NCBI GenBank assembly: GCA_041690135.1
Contig: JAWLHY010000013.1
Span: 1 to 64,000, forward strand
Length of the DNA: 64,000 nt
From: Armatimonadota bacterium
GTDB taxonomy: Bacteria; Armatimonadota; SYMT01
Direction of reading: 5' to 3'
Below the pieces are notes generated by a model. It did not search any database and was not told where the DNA came from. It saw nothing but the letters and a program-made list of their open reading frames with translations. A program made the position numbers and the translations under genes. Of this stretch, positions 55,025 through 64,000 are shown piece by piece; the first letter of the stretch is position 1, and the number at the start of each line of letters is the position of its first letter.

Positions 55025-56576
55025 GTCGACGGGTCGTGCGATGCTCTACGGATTGGCCAACCTGGCCTACTTCCTGGGGTATTCCGCCTTTAACACATAC
55101 GTGCTCTTTTTCTACACCGAGCACCTGCGTCTCTCCCCGGTGGCCGTGGGTCGGGCGTGGTTCCTGTTCGGTATCTGGAACACCGTCAACGACCTGGTGA
55201 TGGGGTGGCTCTCCGACCGGGCTGCCGCGCGCCGGGGTCGAACCTTTTTCCTCATCCTGTTCGCCGTGCCCCTGGGGCTGGCGTTCGCCCTGGTGTGGTC
55301 GCCGCCGGGGTTCGTACTGCGGGGTGGGACCACGGTGGCCATCGCCTACTTCCTGATCGCCATCAGCCTGTACGACGTGCTGCAGACGGCGGTCAACATC
55401 AGCCAGCACGCCGCCTTCCCAGAGATCGCCTCGGCGCGGGACGACCGCTCCCGCACTTCGGCTATCCGGCAGGCACTCGGCATCGTGGGGACAATCCTGG
55501 GAGTGGCGGTCTCCCCGCTCATCTACGCGCACCTGGGCTGGGCGTGGCTGGGCATCCTCTGGGGCGGCGCCATCTGTGCCTTCAATCTCCTCTCCCTCCC
55601 CGGTTTCCGCCCCACTTCCGGCGGAGCCAGTGCACCTGCATCGGCGGACCTTCCTGTAGCGCTTATGGCAGATCGTCCCCCCAGCGTTCAGTCTCCAACC
55701 GCTGGCCCAACGTCGGAACGTTTACCTCCCACAGGGGGGCCGAATGCCAACTGCCCGGCCGCCGAACACCCGAACACCGAACACCTGAACACCGACTGCC
55801 CAACCGCTCACCCCCCGAACACCGAACGCCCGAGTGTGCTATACCCATCGCCTGAACGCCTGAATGCCGAAAGCCTGAACACCCCCCGCCCCAAGCTCCT
55901 GTCCCTCTTCCTCGAGCCCACCTTCCTCCTGTATGTGGGCATCCAGTTTTCGATACGGCTGGCGCTGGCCTTCCTGCAGACCCTGCTGCCGTTCTTCAGC
56001 CGGCACGTGCTGGGCCTCTCCGCCAACCAGTTGTCCGCGGCGATGGGCGTGATGCTGGTGAGCGCCGCCCTGGCCGCCCCGCTCTGGCCGCGGGTCCTCG
56101 TCCGCCGAGAAGTGCGCACCGTGGCGATAGGGGCGCTTTCCTACCTGGCGCTGCTCGTGGCAAGTTTTCTGGTGGTGAGCGACTTCCGGGTGCTGCTGGG
56201 AGTTATGCTGCTCGTGGGACCGGTCTATGCGGGCCTGGTGATGACCCTGGACCTGCTGTTCGCGCAGATCGTGGATCAGGATTTCGTCCGCACCGGCGAA
56301 TCGCGCGCGGGGTTGTTCAGCGGACTGGTGGGGACCACCCTCCGCTTTTCACCGGCCCTGGCCGGCCTGGTGATTGGAGAGGTGCTGGGGGCCAGCGGTT
56401 TCGATCCTGCGTTACCCGCGCAGCCCGGCACGGTTTCCGTGGCGCTCCGCATTCTGATGACGGTGGGCCCGGCCATGGCACTGGTCCTTGCCGTAGGGTT
56501 CCTGATCCTCTACCCTCTCCATGGCCACCGTCTCCGGGAGATTGAAGAGGCGGTCAAACAGCAAACGAGTTGTTGA
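55023..56576 (+). CDS. MFS transporter, GPH/MelB-like, with expanded repetitive central loop
   Basis: WN.VND..MG.LSDR, D.D...TG..R.G; two TM bundles; alternative start at 55041. Confidence 0.85.
   Translation: MSTGRAMLYGLANLAYFLGYSAFNTYVLFFYTEHLRLSPVAVGRAWFLFGIWNTVNDLVMGWLSDRAAARRGRTFFLILFAVPLGLAFALVWSPPGFVLRGGTTVAIAYFLIAISLYDVLQTAVNISQHAAFPEIASARDDRSRTSAIRQALGIVGTILGVAVSPLIYAHLGWAWLGILWGGAICAFNLLSLPGFRPTSGGASAPASADLPVALMADRPPSVQSPTAGPTSERLPPTGGPNANCPAAEHPNTEHLNTDCPTAHPPNTERPSVLYPSPERLNAESLNTPRPKLLSLFLEPTFLLYVGIQFSIRLALAFLQTLLPFFSRHVLGLSANQLSAAMGVMLVSAALAAPLWPRVLVRREVRTVAIGALSYLALLVASFLVVSDFRVLLGVMLLVGPVYAGLVMTLDLLFAQIVDQDFVRTGESRAGLFSGLVGTTLRFSPALAGLVIGEVLGASGFDPALPAQPGTVSVALRILMTVGPAMALVLAVGFLILYPLHGHRLREIEEAVKQQTSC
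55762..55882. repeat. CCGAACA/CTGAACG 7-8-nt units within the MFS coding sequence
   Basis: CCGAACAC CCGAACA CCGAACA CCTGAACA CCGACTG ... CCTGAACG CCTGAATG CCGAAAG CCTGAACA. Confidence 0.7.
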
Positions 56577-56588
56577 AATGTCCACCCT

Positions 56589-56861
56589 ATTGCCCGCTGC
56601 GTCCGCTGCCGCGACCGGCCCGACACGGCGGAGGTCGCCATCGTGGTCGCGGACGAATGGCAGCGACTCGGGGCTGGCGCGCTGTTGTTCCGCGAGTTGA
56701 GCTCTCGCGCTCGTGCCGTGGGCATCCGGATGTGGGTGGCCTCACTCCTCGCCGAAAACGCAGGGGCACTGCGCCTGTTGGAGGAAGTCGGCGTCGAGCG
56801 TTCCCGCCGCTACGAAGGACCGGGATTCCTCGAGGTCGAGTACGAACTCCTGCCGGAATAG
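56589..56861 (+). pseudogene. N-terminally truncated GNAT acetyltransferase
   Basis: IAR.VR......AEVAIVVADEWQRLGAG..L...L...AR..GI......L.EN.GA.RL is the C-terminal half of a GNAT; no start codon precedes the motif. Confidence 0.65.
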
Positions 56862-56869
56862 CCACCGTC

Positions 56870-56925
56870 CCTACCGCCTACCGCCTTCTGCCTACTGCCT
56901 ACTGCCCACTGCCCACTGCCTTCAT
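56870..56925. repeat. Heptamer tandem repeat, 8 units, consensus CCTACTG
   Basis: Read directly; lies between convergent reading frames. Confidence 0.85.
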
Positions 56926-56927
56926 CC

Positions 56928-58667
56928 TTACCTGAGCGGTAAGTTCGTGATCACGATCCGTCCCCCTCCGCGGGCGACCTCGTAGTATGGCTGCGGGAAG
57001 TCGCCGGGACGATCCAGCGGTTTCTGCGGGTCGGTAAAGAGCAGGTAACGACGATCTCCGTGCGTCCAGTCCTGCTGGAAACGGTCGCGCTTCACGAACA
57101 GCCGGCTGATATCACGCTTCAGGTAGGTGGGCGGGATGAAACCGGGCGGCTCCAGCAGGAGGATCTTCCGCTGAAGGTAGTAGTCGAGCACACCGCACTG
57201 CTGGTATTCCTCGCCGGCTTCATAGGCAATCTCGCTCTCGGCCAGCAGCGCGGGATCGAGGCCGCGGATCAAGGGCCGGGCACCTACCAGGGGCTCGGCC
57301 GCAGAGAGGCCGCGTGCGGCACAGGCTCCGAAAACAAGGAAGGTCCCCGCCACGACGACCAGGCCGGCAGCAATCTTTCCCCGGAGAACCAGCGCCAGGG
57401 AAAAAAGGCCACCCAGAGCTACCGCGGCCATCGTGAATCGAGCGAGCGGCGTCATGGTGCCGGCAACTTCGGACGGGACGTAGGAGTTGAGCAATACGGG
57501 CGCTGCGGTGAACCCGAGGGCGCCCAGCAGAAGCAGGGATCCGGGCAAAAAGAGGAGCCAGCGTTGCGGTGGGTGGCCGCCGGCAGCCTTTTCCTGGAGG
57601 TGCGCGCAGTAGTTACCCACCAGCAGTGCCGCGGCGGGCACCGCGGGGATGAAGTGATGCTCCAGGCGGCCCATGGCGCTGGAAAAGAAGAGAAAGATGG
57701 CGCCGAACCAGGTTAGCGGTAGCCAGTCCACGGCGGTCCCTGCGGCCCGGGCATGCCGGACCTGGAGGAGCCAGGCGGCCGGTAGCAGAAGGACCCACGG
57801 AAACAGTCGCGCCGTGAAAACCGGCCAGGTGAACCAGAGCGGGTGCGGAATGTGGTCGCGCGGGAACTTTCGGTCGAAGAATACCAGGAAGTGCTGGTTC
57901 ACCACGTAGTCCCACCAGAACCCTTCGTTAACCACTCCAGCGGCGAGGTGCCAGGGCAGAACCAGGGCGGCCGCGAGGAGCAGCCCGGGCCAGCGCAAGT
58001 AGTATCGCACCTCTCCCGTCTCGCGTGCCAGCAGGAGGGCGGGGGCGAATGCCAGCACCGGAAGGGCAAGGCCCAACAGGCCTTTGGTCATTACGGCGAC
58101 CCCCACCCCACCCCACAGGGCCGCCATTCCCACCGGGTCGCGCCGTTCTTCGGCTTGGCGGATGCGCACCACTCCCCAGAGGGTGAGGCAGAGCAGCACG
58201 GTCAGCAGCGCGTCGGGGCGCAGGGAACGGGCCTCCACCGTCGTCAGGCTCATGGTGAGGAAGATGGCTGTGGACCAAAGGCCCGCTGCCGGTTTCCAGA
58301 GCCGGCGCCCCAGGTCGTACAGGAGCAAGAGGGTAAAGAGCGTGGCCAGGCCGGACACCGACCTTGCGGCCTCCGTGAAGCCCGCTAGCCGGAAGACGCC
58401 GGCCGTGAGCCAGAACATCAACGGCGGCTTGTTGAGGAACACCTCTCCGTTCATGTGCGGGGTCAACCAATCACCCGTAAGCAGCATCTCCCGGGCGACT
58501 TCGGCGTAGCGGCCCTCGTTATCGTAGAACCCCGGCTGCTCGAGACCCACAAAGAAGAGCAGCGCACCGAGAAGGCAGAATGTGGCCAACCAGGCCGCTG
58601 GCGAGGCTGTGGCGAGGTGCGCCCACTTCCCCAGCCTCGGCTTTTCCGGGAGTTTAGTAGCCATCAT
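56928..58667 (-). CDS. ArnT/PMT-like GT-C glycosyltransferase
   Basis: EGRYAEVAREM..GDW.TP..NG....KPP...W, TKG, PW motifs; many TM helices. Confidence 0.88.
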   Translation of the reverse strand: MMATKLPEKPRLGKWAHLATASPAAWLATFCLLGALLFFVGLEQPGFYDNEGRYAEVAREMLLTGDWLTPHMNGEVFLNKPPLMFWLTAGVFRLAGFTEAARSVSGLATLFTLLLLYDLGRRLWKPAAGLWSTAIFLTMSLTTVEARSLRPDALLTVLLCLTLWGVVRIRQAEERRDPVGMAALWGGVGVAVMTKGLLGLALPVLAFAPALLLARETGEVRYYLRWPGLLLAAALVLPWHLAAGVVNEGFWWDYVVNQHFLVFFDRKFPRDHIPHPLWFTWPVFTARLFPWVLLLPAAWLLQVRHARAAGTAVDWLPLTWFGAIFLFFSSAMGRLEHHFIPAVPAAALLVGNYCAHLQEKAAGGHPPQRWLLFLPGSLLLLGALGFTAAPVLLNSYVPSEVAGTMTPLARFTMAAVALGGLFSLALVLRGKIAAGLVVVAGTFLVFGACAARGLSAAEPLVGARPLIRGLDPALLAESEIAYEAGEEYQQCGVLDYYLQRKILLLEPPGFIPPTYLKRDISRLFVKRDRFQQDWTHGDRRYLLFTDPQKPLDRPGDFPQPYYEVARGGGRIVITNLPLR

Positions 58668-59670
58668 GCGTTGCCCCCCTCCGGTGCGACTTGCCCGCGA
58701 CATCCGGGAGGCCGGCGCGCTCGGCTACCATGCTTTCTCCTGCCAGCAGCAGCGCCGCTCCCCCTGCGAGAGAAGCCAGGATCGCCATAGCTGCCCACGC
58801 CAGGCCGAAGGCGATCGCCGCCTCCGGTCCCACTCCCACCAGCGGGAATAGCGCGGCGAGGGCCCATTCCCGGACGCCCAGGCCGTTGACCGTAAGCGGT
58901 GCCATGGAAGCCAGCGAAACGAGGGGACAGAGGACCGCATAGAACAGGGGCGCGGGCGGAAGGCCCAGGGCACGGCCCAGCAACACATACACCGCCACGG
59001 CGAGGGTTTGGAACACCAGCGCGAGCCCGAGGGAAAGGAAAAGGCCGCCGGGTCGCTTCCAGCATTCCAGAACGCGTGCGGGGAGTCCGCTTCCCTCCCC
59101 CGCAGGTCGCGCCAGGAAGGGCGTGAGAAAGCCCAGGGTCAGCACCGCGCACGTGATGATGACCGCCGGGCGCAGGCCGGGCGGGAGCGGTAGCGACGTG
59201 CCGGCGGCGGCCAGGGTGGCGATCCAGGCCATGGCCAGCACCCCGGTCCCGCGGTCCGCGAGCACGGAGATCGCCGCCGACGTCGGCTCTCCGTTTTCCC
59301 GGGACAGCTTCAAAGTTCGGTAGGCGTCACCCCCGACCGTGGTCGGCAGGAAGAGTGAAACGAACATCCCCGCCAGGTAGTTCAACCAGTAGAAGCGGAA
59401 GGGCTGTCGAAAGCCCAGCAAGCGGCCCAGCACACTCCACTTCCACGCGCAAACCGTCTGTCCTACCAGGTAGGTGGCAAGTGCCAGCAGGAACCACGGC
59501 AGGGATACCCGGGCGAGGCAGTCCCCCACTCGCTCCAGGCTTCCACGTGAAGCCAGCCAACCCAGGAGAAGGGTGCTGATCGCCCCCTTGATCAGGAATC
59601 GGACGACCCCGCCCGGCTTCCACGTCGCGAGCCGGTCACCCTCTGGAAATCCAGGAAGGGCGACTTTCAC
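58654..59670 (-). CDS. Lysylphosphatidylglycerol synthase TM / flippase-like (UPF0104) protein
   Basis: FLPTTVGGDAYR, LADR, PLTVNGLGVRE. Confidence 0.85.
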   Translation of the reverse strand: MKVALPGFPEGDRLATWKPGGVVRFLIKGAISTLLLGWLASRGSLERVGDCLARVSLPWFLLALATYLVGQTVCAWKWSVLGRLLGFRQPFRFYWLNYLAGMFVSLFLPTTVGGDAYRTLKLSRENGEPTSAAISVLADRGTGVLAMAWIATLAAAGTSLPLPPGLRPAVIITCAVLTLGFLTPFLARPAGEGSGLPARVLECWKRPGGLFLSLGLALVFQTLAVAVYVLLGRALGLPPAPLFYAVLCPLVSLASMAPLTVNGLGVREWALAALFPLVGVGPEAAIAFGLAWAAMAILASLAGGAALLLAGESMVAERAGLPDVAGKSHRRGATHDGY

Positions 59671-60680
59671 ACTTTCACCCTACCCCGCGGGAACGCACGT
59701 GCCGGGAGCGTCCGGCGGCCCTGGGCCGGCGGCTGAGTCGGGCCTCCGGTCCGGAGGCGAAACACCCCGCTCCGCTGGGCCGTCACCCAGCGCCACAGCC
59801 CGGTGCGCACGCACATGGCATAGGCGGCCACGAGAGCTGAGACCCCCAACAGAACGCACGCCACGACCGGATGGCTCCCGAGTGACATCCCCGCACCGGA
59901 ACCCAGCACCAATGCCGACCCCAACAGTAGATGCGTGCAGAGCAGGGCGCGGCGAAGATTGCCCCGCAGGATGAAAGGGAGGGTCAGGAGATCCCGGACG
60001 ACCGCCCAGAACCGGCCCAGACCGTAGTGGCTTTCGCCGGTCCTCCGGGGGCGGTGTGCTACTTCGACCTGGGCGAACTCCTCCCGACGGACACCGAAAA
60101 CGGCCGGTAGGAACCGGTGCATCCCCGGAGGCAAATAAGTTCCTTTGACGACCTCGCTTCGATAGGCTTTAAGGCTACAGCCGTTGTCTTTCGAAGGCAG
60201 TCCGGTCAGAAGGGCGATCAGCGCATTGGCCGTCAGCGACGGAAGTACGCGGGTCAACCAGCCGAGGGCGGTGCACTTCGCCTCGCTGCGTCGCTTTCTC
60301 CAACCGCTGACGACCCGATAACTACCCTCTTCCAGCAGATCCACCAGGCGCGGAAGATCGGCGGGATCGTTTTGCAGGTCCCCGTCCAATGAGAGGATGA
60401 TCGCCCCGCGTGCCGCCTCGAATCCGGCAGTAAGAGCGGCTGCCTGGCCGAAGTTGCGCTCGAGGTGGAGCGCTCGGACGGTGGTGTCGGTCTCCTCGAG
60501 CCGGTCGAGGCGCTCCGCGGTGCGGTCGGAACTGCCGTCATCCACCAGGATGATCTCGTAGAGCCTCCCGGTAGGTGCGAGCGCCTGATGGATCTCCGCT
60601 ACCAGCGGACAGAGGTTGCCCTCTTCATTGTGGAGCGGCACGACGACGGTGAGGTCGGGTAGCAAAGGCTGGTCGGGCAT
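59667..60680 (-). CDS. GT2 polyprenol-phosphate glycosyltransferase (ArnC-like)
   Basis: VVVPLHNE, VDDGSSD, RNFGQ, DGDLQNDP, D.GCSLKAYR, HRFLP; C-terminal TM. Confidence 0.9.
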   Translation of the reverse strand: MPDQPLLPDLTVVVPLHNEEGNLCPLVAEIHQALAPTGRLYEIILVDDGSSDRTAERLDRLEETDTTVRALHLERNFGQAAALTAGFEAARGAIILSLDGDLQNDPADLPRLVDLLEEGSYRVVSGWRKRRSEAKCTALGWLTRVLPSLTANALIALLTGLPSKDNGCSLKAYRSEVVKGTYLPPGMHRFLPAVFGVRREEFAQVEVAHRPRRTGESHYGLGRFWAVVRDLLTLPFILRGNLRRALLCTHLLLGSALVLGSGAGMSLGSHPVVACVLLGVSALVAAYAMCVRTGLWRWVTAQRSGVFRLRTGGPTQPPAQGRRTLPARAFPRGRVKV

Positions 60681-60857
60681 CTTGTGATGAGGACGGCCTG
60701 CAGCGCCAGTTCACCCAATCTTCCCGCGTAACACGAAGTACAAACGGCACCTGCACCATCCGGCATCGAGCCCGCTTCGGGAAACGGGCGCCGCATGCCG
60801 AAACTACATGGTGGGGCTGCCGATGGTCGGTGGCGCGCCGCCTCCACTGGACACCCG

Positions 60858-61514
60858 ATGATCCGCTCTCCCTGGCTTCCCTATGCCGCCCCGCTGGCCG
60901 TTTTCATCCTCCTCACCTCCCTGGAATCGACTTTCCCTCGTTCCGCCTATCCATGGGTGTATGCCGGCAAGATCCTGCTGGTGACGGTTGCCGCCGCGCT
61001 CGCACGCGAGGTGTGGCGCGATCTGCGGTTCAAAGCGCGGGATCTTCTGCCCGCGATTCTCGTGGGGGTGGGGGTCTGCGTGCTGTGGGTAGGTCTCGAT
61101 CGGTGGCCCGGGTATCCCCATCTGGGCACTCGCCAGGCCTTCAACCCCTTTGAGGTAATCCCCGACCCGGCGCAGCGGACGCTTTTCCTGGCGGCGCGCT
61201 TCTACGGGCTGGTGCTGTTGGTGCCGCTGATCGAGGAGATCTTCTACCGGAATTTCCTGCTGCGTTACCTCTCCACCCGGGAGGACTTCCGCGACCGGGA
61301 GCCGTCCCGGTTCACCATGGAGGCCGCGCTCATCTCCGGGGCTGTGTTCGCCTGCTCCCATCCGGAGTGGCTGGCGGCCGCGGTCACGGCAGCCGCCTAC
61401 ACCGGGCTCCTTGCCTGGCGCCGAAACGTCCTCGCTTGCATCGTGGCGCACGGGGTAACCAACCTCTGCCTGGGCGGTTACGTGCTGCTGACGGGGGAGT
61501 GGAAATACTGGTAG
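60858..61514 (+). CDS. CAAX prenyl protease-related (CPBP/Abi) membrane protein
   Basis: VP..EEIFYR, F...H, AHGVTN, terminal G.W.YW. Confidence 0.85.
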   Translation: MIRSPWLPYAAPLAVFILLTSLESTFPRSAYPWVYAGKILLVTVAAALAREVWRDLRFKARDLLPAILVGVGVCVLWVGLDRWPGYPHLGTRQAFNPFEVIPDPAQRTLFLAARFYGLVLLVPLIEEIFYRNFLLRYLSTREDFRDREPSRFTMEAALISGAVFACSHPEWLAAAVTAAAYTGLLAWRRNVLACIVAHGVTNLCLGGYVLLTGEWKYW

Positions 61515-61644
61515 GTTTGGCTCCGCTCCGGCCGGTACCAAGGTACACGCATCAGTCTTAGCCATATTCGAGGGAACCTCGAAGTGGCGAAGTTCAGTCT
61601 GTCATGAGGACCATCGTCGCAGTACGGTCCTTGTGGAGAGTCTT

Positions 61645-62592
61645 ATGCGTGGGGAATTCCCCGAGATCCGGCGCAATCCCGTCGCCTTCCTGGCCGGTGG
61701 CGCGCTATTCTGTATACTGGCGGGCTCCGCTTTTCTGATCACCCGTACCCTCGTGCCGGGTACCGCTCCGACGGCCGTGGAAGTGGCCAGTTCCCACGGA
61801 CCCATGTCGCTGCCACACGCCCAGGCAGTGCCGGCAGCACCGCGAGTCGAGGTTTCCCCGACTGCCGGGGAGGCGATTCCGGAAGTCCGGATTCGCACGG
61901 CGCCCCAGCCCACGCCGGAGCCGCCCGGCGAGGAAGAGACGCCGATCCTCGCTCCCGAAGTTAAGATCTCCGACCGCCGGGAGGAGATTCGGGCCATCAT
62001 TGAAGGGGTTTCGAAGTCCGAAGGGCCGTCGTCACCGATCGCGTCTCCGGCGCGGAAACCGGAGCGATCGACACCGCCGGACCCACAACGCCGGATAATC
62101 GGCGAGCCGCCTGTGCCCGTCGCGCCTGTTCCCGCGACCACGGGAAGCCCGCTCCTGGTCCAGCCGCCGAGCGAGCCGGAGGTGGTCCCGGCGCCCGCGC
62201 CTCCCGCACCTTCGCGCCCCCGCCTTCGCTCGCGGCTGCGGGAAGCGGAGCGGCGTGAAGCCCGCCTTCCGCAGGGGCGACTTTCGCTCTACTTCGACGC
62301 GGACAGCAGCACCTTCAGTCGTTCCGGCGACCGGATGCCGCTTGCCGTGGAAGTGTGGGTGGACGGCGTGTTGAAACTACGGTCCGGCGATCCGGAGAAG
62401 CGGGACTTCGACCTCGGGCGACTGCCGGCGGGCTGGCACGAGGTGGAAGTGGTGCCGCACGTCGGCGACCTGCCCACGCAGTCGCGGCGCCGCTCCGTGC
62501 GGATTGCAGAGGACGAGACCGTCAGCTATCGCGTGGTCCTGCGCCGCGAGGACGGGATGGCATGCATCTCCAAGTTCAAAATGGTAGATTGA
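61645..62592 (+). CDS. Hypothetical membrane-anchored protein with Pro-rich linker
   Basis: Single TM, long P/E-rich linker, C-terminal beta domain. Confidence 0.65.
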   Translation: MRGEFPEIRRNPVAFLAGGALFCILAGSAFLITRTLVPGTAPTAVEVASSHGPMSLPHAQAVPAAPRVEVSPTAGEAIPEVRIRTAPQPTPEPPGEEETPILAPEVKISDRREEIRAIIEGVSKSEGPSSPIASPARKPERSTPPDPQRRIIGEPPVPVAPVPATTGSPLLVQPPSEPEVVPAPAPPAPSRPRLRSRLREAERREARLPQGRLSLYFDADSSTFSRSGDRMPLAVEVWVDGVLKLRSGDPEKRDFDLGRLPAGWHEVEVVPHVGDLPTQSRRRSVRIAEDETVSYRVVLRREDGMACISKFKMVD

Positions 62593-62602
62593 CGCCCGAC
62601 AC

Positions 62603-63358
62603 CTAGCGCGAGCGTCCCTTCTCCCGCGATGGCGTTTCCACTACGGGAATGGGACGCGGTCGCGCGATCTGCATCCCCACGATCCCTCCGGGGCGGGCGG
62701 CGAGCTCGGACCAGGGCACTTTCAGGAACTCATGGGAGTGGGCGTGGGGACTGGAGGCGAGATACCTGTCCGCCATCTTCCGCATGGCGGCGTGGTAAAG
62801 CTCGCGGGAATGCCCGTGTGCGAAGTTCTTACCGGGGAAACGCCGGATATCCCCGTTAAACAGTGGGCTGATGTGGAACAGTTCGTGGATGATCGTCGCG
62901 AGCTTTTCGTGGTAGTCGGTCTCGTCGTGGAAGCGCGGCAGCATGAAGTAGAGGATGTAGAGCGCTTCCTCCTCCTCCAGCGTCCGCACCACCGGCATCT
63001 GATAGCGCTGCCCCCGGTGGAGCATCTCCCGGGCGCCCCCTTCGAACCGCAGCGGAAAACAGGAAGCGTAGGTCCCGTGCTTGCTCTGCTGCCGGGCCTG
63101 GGCAAACGCGACCAGCACCCGTGCCAGGTCGACGTGCCGGAACTCCTCCATCGTGTCCACGATGTCGACCACCACCTCGCGGATAGCGTTCGTATAATGG
63201 AACGCCTGGGGTTTCGCCGGCTTCTCCGTGGAAGTACGCGGTTCGGTGCCCTGACCCCGGGGGCCGGCCGAGGCGCTGGATTTCTCTCGCGGCTGAGGCT
63301 TGGGGCCAGGGGGAGTTTTCCCCAGGCCCAGATCGAGATGCAGCTGGTCTTCAGTCAC
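62603..63358 (-). CDS. Putative zinc metallopeptidase
   Basis: TIIHELFHISP (HExxH) with a downstream His. Confidence 0.7.
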   Translation of the reverse strand: MTEDQLHLDLGLGKTPPGPKPQPREKSSASAGPRGQGTEPRTSTEKPAKPQAFHYTNAIREVVVDIVDTMEEFRHVDLARVLVAFAQARQQSKHGTYASCFPLRFEGGAREMLHRGQRYQMPVVRTLEEEEALYILYFMLPRFHDETDYHEKLATIIHELFHISPLFNGDIRRFPGKNFAHGHSRELYHAAMRKMADRYLASSPHAHSHEFLKVPWSELAARPGGIVGMQIARPRPIPVVETPSREKGRSR

Positions 63359-63405
63359 AACGTCTCTTTACGGCGGTTTACTTCGCTACCGTCGACCGCG
63401 CGGAG

Positions 63406-64000
63406 CTACACGATGGCGCCCGCGGAGCGGAGTGCCTCCCGCAGCGCCTCCGCCGAGAGCTCGCGGGGAGTTACCATCTCCCGCAGCGCCAGCGCCGCCG
63501 CAGTACCCGCGGCTTCTCCGGTCGCGTAGCACGGGGGAATGACCCGGGCGGAAGCGGCACCCTCGTGCGTCGCCGACAGGCAGCGTCCGGCGACGAGCAG
63601 GTTGTCCACCTCCAACGGCACCAGGCAGCGATAGGGAATCTCGTACCAGTTCCGCTGATTCTCCTGCGGTCCCTTCAAGACTCCCCGCGTTCCAGTGGGA
63701 TCGTGGATGTCGATCGGGTAGGCGCAGCGGGCAATGGTATCCGGGAAGGTCGCTCCCTGTAGCACGTCCTCTCCGGTGAGAACGTACTCGCCGATAATGT
63801 GGCGGGTCTCCCGGATTCCGATCTGCGCGCCCGTGTCGAGCAACTGTACGTTTTCACAGCCGGGGCAGTACTCCCGGAGGAAGCGCACCACCTCCCCTAC
63901 CTGGCGGCGCCCCACCAGCTCGGCGCGCGAAAGGTCATCGGGATTGGTGCCGTCGATGTCGTGCAGGCGGGTGGTATTGACCCGGTACTCGCCGGCCCGC
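63406..64000 (-). CDS. FAD-dependent oxidoreductase, C-terminal part (truncated by the window edge)
   Basis: GIRETR.I.G.Y, YPIDIH, YEIPYRCLVP..VDNLLVAGRC.S, GEAAG.AAA. Confidence 0.88.
   Translation of the reverse strand, partial: RAGEYRVNTTRLHDIDGTNPDDLSRAELVGRRQVGEVVRFLREYCPGCENVQLLDTGAQIGIRETRHIIGEYVLTGEDVLQGATFPDTIARCAYPIDIHDPTGTRGVLKGPQENQRNWYEIPYRCLVPLEVDNLLVAGRCLSATHEGAASARVIPPCYATGEAAGTAAALALREMVTPRELSAEALREALRSAGAIV

Noticed and set aside
56571-56620. Selenocysteine readthrough at TGT-TGA
   Set aside because: No convincing bacterial SECIS hairpin follows, and the position is not a plausible redox site.

Overview
A 64-kb, GC-rich bacterial chromosomal segment. The PEP-CTERM proteins, many Tat-type Gfo/Idh/MocA oxidoreductases, DUF1080, sulfatases and a copper-amine-oxidase stalk protein suggest an Armatimonadota-like lineage; this is inference only. 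It holds about 50 protein-coding genes and one tRNA-Leu(CAA), with no rRNA, integrase, transposase or CRISPR-cas locus. Recognisable content: holA with a DUF58/transglutaminase pair, an NCS2 permease, a class D beta-lactamase, two sulfatases, a flavin-dependent halogenase-family enzyme, and a TerY-P triad (vWA, PP2C, Ser/Thr kinase) followed by two secreted beta-helix paralogs. Further along are a GAF-PAS-HATPase sensor, a rhomboid, a UDG-like protein, an Mrr-type nuclease, three tandem HEAT+TM paralogs and a GT2/flippase/ArnT-like operon. The strongest unexplained signals are: (1) a nested, pseudoknot-capable intergenic structure at about 11.1-11.56 kb, a candidate new ncRNA; (2) a membrane-anchored, TPR-tipped TerY-P kinase with two exported beta-helix neighbours; (3) the conserved-variable-conserved HEAT-TM gene array; (4) a promoter-to-terminator unit of about 95 nt at 40.0-40.15 kb; (5) many short-period repeats, one of them in frame inside an MFS transporter. 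All protein calls come from motifs read by eye; no database searches were run.
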